This document shows, one piece after another, positions 55,934-64,000 of a stretch of 64,000 bases of DNA. Source of the stretch: Octopus vulgaris (lineage: Eukaryota); assembly GCA_951406725.2 (NCBI GenBank), contig OX597826.1, positions 20,894,001-20,958,000 on the forward strand, written 5' to 3'. The notes under the pieces were generated by a model, which saw only the letters and a list, made by a program, of their open reading frames with translations, did not search any database and had not been told where the DNA came from. Numbering within the stretch: position 1 is the first letter of the stretch; each line of letters starts with the position of its first letter. The translations under genes and the position numbers were made by a program.

Positions 55934-56899
55934 GTTCCTGTTTTAAAACTCGATGATGCCTACATCCATCGCCCAATTAGATTCCCCACACCGCCACCAC
56001 CAGTTTCCCTGAAACTGAAATCTATAGCCTTTATTGGTTTTATCTATGATTGGCATCTCTGAGAGTGGAGATGGAAGGGAATTCTATAGCAAGTGCTGAT
56101 TGCAGGGCAAGGGACCCACGAGCCGAATGACTCACCACTTGAAATTCTATTTACACGACAAGTGTCTACAGGCAAACATGAAACATTAGCTGTTGGCTGT
56201 AATCGAACCCGTTTCTCTTGATTTACCCTGAAAACACTTCGTGACTGATCCGTGATGAACTTCTGGTGTTAAGAGCATGATGAGGTGGATTGATTCCATT
56301 GAAATATTCCATCTATGCAAAGACACACACACAGAGAATGTCAGGAACATTTCGGGATGGTGACAAAAGGCTTCGTCGAATGTAACTTCCGGTTGATAGT
56401 GAACGTTAGTGAAAGCCATTCTCATGAATATGTTTTGTGACAAACAGGAGATCGATCGGCGATTGGTTATAAAACAGTTCTAATCACTGTATCGCTAAAA
56501 GAGAAATTATTTGATATGCTTTACAGCAGGGTGGCGAAGAGGATGGGGTGAGATAAAGAGAATTAAAATTAAAGTACTTAGCATAAGAATTACTAGAAGT
56601 GCTGAAGTCGTGTCTTCATATACACGGGAAGTGTTGTTGTGTGTGTGCGTGTGTTTGTATAGTTAGCGTATATTTGTGTATGTTAATGTAATGTCATTAT
56701 TTTTATGTATGAAAACAGACAATGTGAAAGGGATAAAGAGGAAGAGAAAGAGAGAGAGAAGAGAGAGAGAAGAGAGAGAAGAGACGAAAGATGCACGCAC
56801 ACATACACACATATATATGTATGTATATGTATAATGAGTGTGTACGTGTGTGTGTGTGTGTGTGCGTGTGTGTGTGTGCGTGTAGCGTATTAGCCCCAG

Positions 56900-57007
56900 T
56901 ATGATGAAAACCAAGTTAAAACTGGTGAAGTTTGAACTCAGAACGTAAAGAACCAGAAGAAATACCGCAAGGTCCGACGCTCTGACGATTCTGCCAGTTC
57001 TTTGCCA
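56900..57007 (-). mobile_element. family B SINE head fragment
   Basis: TTTGAACTCAGAACGTAAAG...GACGATTCTGCCAGTTC. Confidence 0.65.
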
Positions 57008-57256
57008 TTAGTGATGATGATGATGATGATGGTGGTGGCAGTGGTAATTATGGTGAGGATGATAATGATGATGACTTTGCTCTGTGTGTGTGTGTTTGCG
57101 TGTGTGTGTGTTTGCGTGTGTGTGTGTTTGCGTGTGTGTGTGTTTGCGTGTGTGTGTGTTTGCGTGTGTGTGTGTTATATAATAACCGTTTGATTCGTCT
57201 CCTTGCTGTTTAAAGTTTCAAAGGTTCGTAGAACGAATCTGACTCTACAGGCATCA

Positions 57257-57368
<112 letters not shown>

Positions 57369-58216
57369 CGACGAGATGGGTTCGTTCTACGAATTTGCCA
57401 AATATTATGTTGCATGGAGCTGAGAGAAATTGCTATTAAATAATACATGTTACTCCTACCAAATGTGTTGAGCACCGTTTTCTTTTTGTTTACACACTCA
57501 ATCGTATGTGTGTGTGTATGTGTGCGTGTGTGTATATGTATGTGTGTGTGTGATTAGATTTAAAATTAAATAAGTGTTTAGAGCCAGGTTTACATATTTC
57601 TCCAATATGGTCAATGCAATAATTGAAACTCAGGTGTTAATAATGCCCAGAAATAATCTCTTATAATAATAATAACAATAATAACAACAACAATAATAAT
57701 GATGATGATGATGATGATGTATAGCACTAACTGTATTTCCTTCTCGTGTCCCCCCTCCCTGCACGCATTCATTCCGTCTACCTCTCCCCGCTTTCCCCTC
57801 CTCGCCCCAGCCGCCATCACCAAAAGAATCTTGGTAACATAATCTATCCAATTGTTGTTCAACCCGTCACCACACTTAACACCCTCTCTCTCTCTCACTT
57901 GGCCTATCTTTCTCCTCTCTTTCTCTCTACCTCTCTCTTTTCCCTTCCTATTCTCTCTCTTTCTTTCTCTCTCTCTCTTCCTCTCGCCGTTTCCATCAGA
58001 TTCAAGAGATTTATTTTATGTTAATATGATTAGGCACATGTCTGTATTCCTCTCTACAAACGTTAGTTGGCATCTATCTACACACACACACACACGCACA
58101 CACACACATACATACACACACACACACGCTTACGTTATATCTTTCCTCTTAACCATTCAACTAAACATTGTATCACACAATTTTATTATATTATGCATGC
58201 ACACATACACACATAC

Positions 58217-58271
<55 letters not shown>

Positions 58272-58490
58272 TGCACGCGTATATATGTATATATATATAT
58301 GTATATATATATATGTGTATAAGTATACATGATGTACATATTATTCATATAATGGTATAAGGATCTGTAAGTCACGTAATTTATATATTGTATATAACAT
58401 ACACATAGACACATACACACACATACTCACACATACGTAACACACACATACACACACGTACGCACACATACACAAACACATGCACACATA

Positions 58491-58521
<31 letters not shown>

Positions 58522-58747
58522 TGGCAAATGCATGTGAGTGCAATAAGTTTTGTATGGTCTCTCTCGCTCATGAACTCAAGACTGGGCAGACACGTCTATA
58601 CGTATAGATATGAAAGTGAGAAAGCGACTAAAAAGAGATAGGGAGTCGTAGATAGAGAGAGAGTGTGTGTGTGTGTGAGAGTGAGTGAGCGTGTGTAAGT
58701 GTGTGTGTGATAGAGTTTGTATATATATCTATCTATCTATCTATCTA

Positions 58748-58782
<35 letters not shown>

Positions 58783-59149
58783 ATATATATATATATATAT
58801 TGTGTAAGTGTCCTGTTAATCTGTCTCAAGTGCTTTATGAGAAGCCATGGCGGAGAGGAGAGCATCAACGGCGCAAAAGCGTTTATGGTTGTCAGTGAAT
58901 GTATTTGTTCTTCGTGTTAGTAACTCTTTTATTCTTCTCTACCAACAGACAATGAAATATGTTGAGAATACTAATCATCGTTAACCAATCAGATCTGTCT
59001 ATCGAACTGTGCTAGAAACGAATGGAAAATTAGTTGATTGGAATCGCAATTGATTTTGTTTTGTTTAGTTTTAACTAGAAATAACAATGGATTAATAAAC
59101 CAGCAATCCTATAGGTAGAGAGAATCTATTTTCTGGCGTTGGAGCGCCC

Positions 59150-59211
<62 letters not shown>

Positions 59212-59783
59212 TAATAACAATAAAATCAATTTATTATCCATTTGTTAGATATCCCATCCGCAGTGGATAATTGTTATTATTATTAATAGTTGTAGCTCCC
59301 CCCCACACACACACACACATATACACATACACTGCTCCCACTCATTTGCTGATCAGACATTTTTCACATACGGCCGCCATTATTCGAGTAATTTGTAAAT
59401 CGTCACCGAAACAAGTCCGGAAATCAACCAGCTCTGAAAGCAAGCATTTTCAGTTGTTTAGACAGTTTGTGTTTCAATGGAGTCGGTGAGTAAATATAAA
59501 ATACATATACTGGATATTATAGCCTGTCTAGATTTCCATGTATATTGTTCTCGGCTCTTGTTAACTTCAACTACATCACCATTTACAAACTTCTGACATA
59601 TCGAGAAGCAACCTTTCCCATTAACATTGAATACAATATTCAGACATAATTCACTTTGGAGTATTCAGGGCTGTTTATAAAAAAAAATCTCTCTCACCCC
59701 CCCCCCCCATCTCTCTCTCGCTAGTCACTAGTCCCATTTCATTGAGATCACCCTTGTGTATACAAGATCAAAGAATTTCTTTT

Positions 59784-59841
<58 letters not shown>

Positions 59842-60535
59842 CATCACTGCAAGCAATGTGTTCAAATATCAGAGGGGTAAAGCACACGCTAATGAATCTG
59901 CAATACAATGAAAAACATTTAGTTGTAATTCTTCGCCCTCTTTCTATCGGCATATTGCCAAGGAAATGCGCATTAACAAAAGAACTCGGGGCACAATTAA
60001 TAACCAGAATCGAGCGACTTGTTGTTACTAAAACCTATTGGCTTTTGCTAGCAGCCAGTCGACGACTTAGTTACCAGGTGTTAATAGCCAACACTACAGC
60101 CTCCTCAACAATTGCAGATACACTCGCTTCTACTTCTGGCTTTTATTCACAATTCGCGACTTTGTAAAACTTTCCAGTTTTATTATAAAGCTTAATATCT
60201 TTATAGTAAATAAATATCTTTATAGTAAATAAATAGTATTTAATGTTGGAGATTAACTGAAAGAAATGAACCTGTAGCAACTAACACAACCGCACACACA
60301 CACACACATACAGTAGAGTATATGTATACATGGATATACAGTAACACACTGACACACGTATGCACATACTTATGCACTTACACACCCGTATACATACATG
60401 TACGGTTATGTACATGTATATATATGGCTGTCTGTGTGTATAGGTGTGTGTATGCACATCTATACATGTATATATTTCTGTGTATGCATGCATACTTATA
60501 AATGAGTATATAAGCTTGTGTACGTATATAAGATA

Positions 60536-60608
<73 letters not shown>

Positions 60609-60760
60609 GCGCGCGCGGTTGTGTAACGCTTCTTTTAACCGTCAGAGTTAGATAGACAGAAAGACAGACAAACAGAGACGTTGGTAAGTAACAATTCAGT
60701 AACAAGTACTCAAAACTTGTTCCTTAATCTGTCAGAAATAGCAACCAAACTCTGTATGTA

Positions 60761-60814
<54 letters not shown>

Positions 60815-62940
60815 CATGATGATGATGATGGTTTCTAAATATACAACACCTGTTCACCTAAGACGCGCCATATTTAATTCTTTCGTAATTTTAGGTCAGA
60901 TGTGACTTTATTGTGTTAAATATAACGGATATCTAATAAATTATAAAAAATTAAATATTCCTGAGGTACCTTTTAGATATTGCTTCCTTAATAAGTTATC
61001 GTGTTTCTCCGTTGAATCTTTGTTCTTGGCTTATGAAATCAGGTGAAGTTCCTGCACCAAAAAGGCACAACAAATTTTGGTTCCGTTTATTTGGGTTGAA
61101 CCTGAATTAATAATAAAGGAAAATCTTCGACCAAACATAAAATCTAAACATTGTGTGTTTATATTACATATCTGAGCGGAAATATTAAAAATTAGGGGAC
61201 CTCTCTGCTTGGTTAGAACAAACACCTGACATACCCCAAAGCTTCTAACTACGACATTTGCAACGATATTGCGATATGGATACATAACATACATAAATAC
61301 ATATATGCACACATGCACATACTTGCATATATTTGTGTGTGTATATATATATATATATATCAGGGTGTATATGTATACATACATACATATGAGGTCATAA
61401 TATTCATGATCAGCTTAATTTCCAATATATGAGACGAGGTTAAAGTTGGGTTATTCGCTTCTTTTAATACAATTATTTGACCTTCATGGACGACCACTAA
61501 GTAGTGGAATGCCCGGGAACCCATGTCTTTCATATTGGAATTACTTATAGAATTTCCCCAGGTAGCAACTAGCAAGTCTTCGGCATTTATTCCACTTTAT
61601 TCCAGACTTCTTTCGACGAACCATAACTCCATATTTCATGACAGCAGTCATCGTTTCAATTAATTCTCCATTTTACCCCACATTTTACCCGTTCTTACTC
61701 TCGCATCAGGAATTTCCGTCACCCTGGTGACACATGTATGCAAACATCTTAATAATACTCCTAGTGCCTCTTCTTAAACAAGTTTCATTTCGAAGAAGAA
61801 GACTAGAGTTTTATGGAAACAATAAAGAAGTGAGTTGGAGTTCTCATTCAAAAGCAATATTAAACTGGACGTAAATTGGCCATCAACAGCAGAAGTGGCC
61901 ACTAAGTTTAACGAGATCAGTCAAGCGGAAAAATAAATAAACTCTACGGTCAAATGAAAACGTTATGTTTATTCACGAGATCTCGTCGAAATAATAACGT
62001 ATCCTCTACCATAGCAATAGTAGTAAAATATTCGAGGGGTGAGGAGGAGAAGGAGGACAGAGAGAAAGAGAGAGAGAGAAAGGTAAGAGGAGAGAGAGAG
62101 AGAAAAGAAAGAGGAGAGAGAAAGAGAGAGAGAGAGGATGAAATAAGATGATGTAATAGAGAGAAATAAAGGAACGTTTAGTTGTGAGGTAAAGTCAAAC
62201 TGACATCAACCTCTCACATTCTCTCGCTTTCTCTCTCTGTCCATCTCTCTCTTTCTCTGTCCCTCCCTCACCCTTCTCTCTCTCTCTCTCTCTTTGTCTC
62301 TCCACACTCTCTTTCTCTATCCCCTTCCGTCTCTCTTTCTCTCTCTCTCTCTCTCTCTTTCATTCTCCCCCCTCCCCTTTTTTGGAACGTATTATTTTGA
62401 AGAAGTTAGGGAGACAGGAAGAATTATTTTAGTTTTATGAGTGAAACAGTTGTGCATTAATTCGAGCTGTCGAGTTTGTTGATGGAGAGAAGATGGCTGT
62501 CCACATAATGTGACTCCTTTTTCTTTCATGGGCTTCGTTGAACGATGATATTTCTTGTAAAATCGATTCTTTTGTCTATAAAACTGGCTAAAATGCTATA
62601 ATCCATTTGGTCGATTGATGCCGATGACACTTCATTATAACTTTACGGAACTACTTCAAATTGACTTGTTAAAGTCTGCTGCCTTCAGCCGACATTCCAT
62701 ATTTTATGTTTCGTTCTTCAATATTGATATGTAGTTTCCAACGAAATATTATTACTGTGTGTTTTTCTCAAACATTCAAGCAAAAAAATGTAGCCATTTT
62801 TTTTGCATATATCGTTTTAATGGAAAATTTCTGACGGCTAAAAGAATCGTTACAGTTCTCCTCTGCCATTTACCATTCAGCCTCTCTGCTTCGTCGTTGC
62901 CTTTTTTCTTATCGGTTTCCAGGTTGCTGTCAAATAAAGA

Positions 62941-63101
<161 letters not shown>

Positions 63102-63284
63102 CTTCTTTCTATGCTAGTGTGACAAATGTGTTGCTATATTTTAGTTAATGTTGTTAACATGTAGTAAAATAATTAATCCCAAAGTCCAAAATTGCGATAC
63201 CCTCCCCACCAACCTTGTCTTTCCACTTTTTCTTCCTTGCTTTTATCGTGCATTTTTATAACTCTCTTCAGTGACCACATCCAA

Positions 63285-63470
63285 GGTGGTCACTTGACCG
63301 GCTAAAAATAGCAGCAAAATTTCTCTAAAATTATACTTTATTGTCTTATAAACAGAAGAGGACTCGTTGGGTAATGTAGTCCTCCATATTTGTTATAATA
63401 CGGGAAAGCCACGAGTGGAGTGCCTTTTACCATGTATTTGCTCTCGATTAGGGGCGACCTGGGGCTAAAC
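63285..63470 (+). mobile_element. SINE family F
   Basis: GGTCACTTGACC..AATAGCAGCAAAAT...GGGGCGACCTGGGGCTAAAC followed by a (CAA)-rich tail; related to 28810-28935. Confidence 0.55.
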
Positions 63471-64000
63471 GACAGCAGCAACAATAACAACAACGAAACC
63501 CGATTCTTTCTTCGGTTTGAGCATTTCCACCTTGAATTAGTAAAATGGAAAGTTTTACAAGAAAGTATTTAAGTTTGAAAGCAAATAAGAGATTGACAGA
63601 CACAAGTCGATTGTGAAGGTGGTTGTGCATGGCCGGTACCAGCAGAAAGGAGTCTGGCCGATTTATTACGTCTCCACTGGTAAACAACAATAACATCAAC
63701 AACAGCAATAAACAGCTTGACCAGACGATAACCGCAGAATAATTACATGCAACCCACTTCTCTCTCTTTCTCTTTCTCTTTCTCTCTCTTTCACTCTCTT
63801 TCTTTTTCTCTCTCTTTCACACACACTCTCTCTCTCTCTTTCTCTCTCTTGCACACACACAAATATCACTTTGCCTTTTATTTGGAGTTTTACACATTCT
63901 TTCCGTGTTGCAATATTCCTCACCAAAATCCAATAAGGTGGCACCAACAGCAATAAACTTATATTTCAAGACTTATGAATCGCCAATTCCCGAAGAAATA

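Noticed and set aside
61400-61780. Complex sequence that might be a decayed RT fragment
   Set aside because: No recognisable catalytic motif in the frames I read.

Overview
AT-rich, microsatellite-dense animal genomic DNA. The SINE families and repeat landscape point to a coleoid cephalopod, probably Octopus; this is an inference. The only host gene I can support is a + strand dachshund (dac/DACH) homologue, seen as three phase-compatible internal exons (4722-4822, 6793-6918, 26238-26447). The last encodes the start of the DD2/Dachbox-C coiled coil (SSIETLLLNIQGLLKVAAENAR...EK). The upstream DD1 exons and the next DD2 exon were not found, so most of the window is probably intron. That intronic DNA holds many SINEs, RTE-clade LINE remnants (one ending in C2H2 zinc fingers), an R4-like remnant, a Tc1/mariner remnant and a decayed Penelope-like RT. 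The most interesting signal is a set of three unrelated non-coding elements carrying minimal type I hammerhead-ribozyme motifs: a spacerless 490-bp palindrome, a motif beside the Penelope RT, and a tRNA-headed element. There is also a candidate 33-nt in-frame microexon in the DD2 intron and an apparent CpG-content boundary near 40 kb. Almost all ORFs in the supplied track are microsatellite artefacts. Repeat boundaries were set by eye and are approximate.
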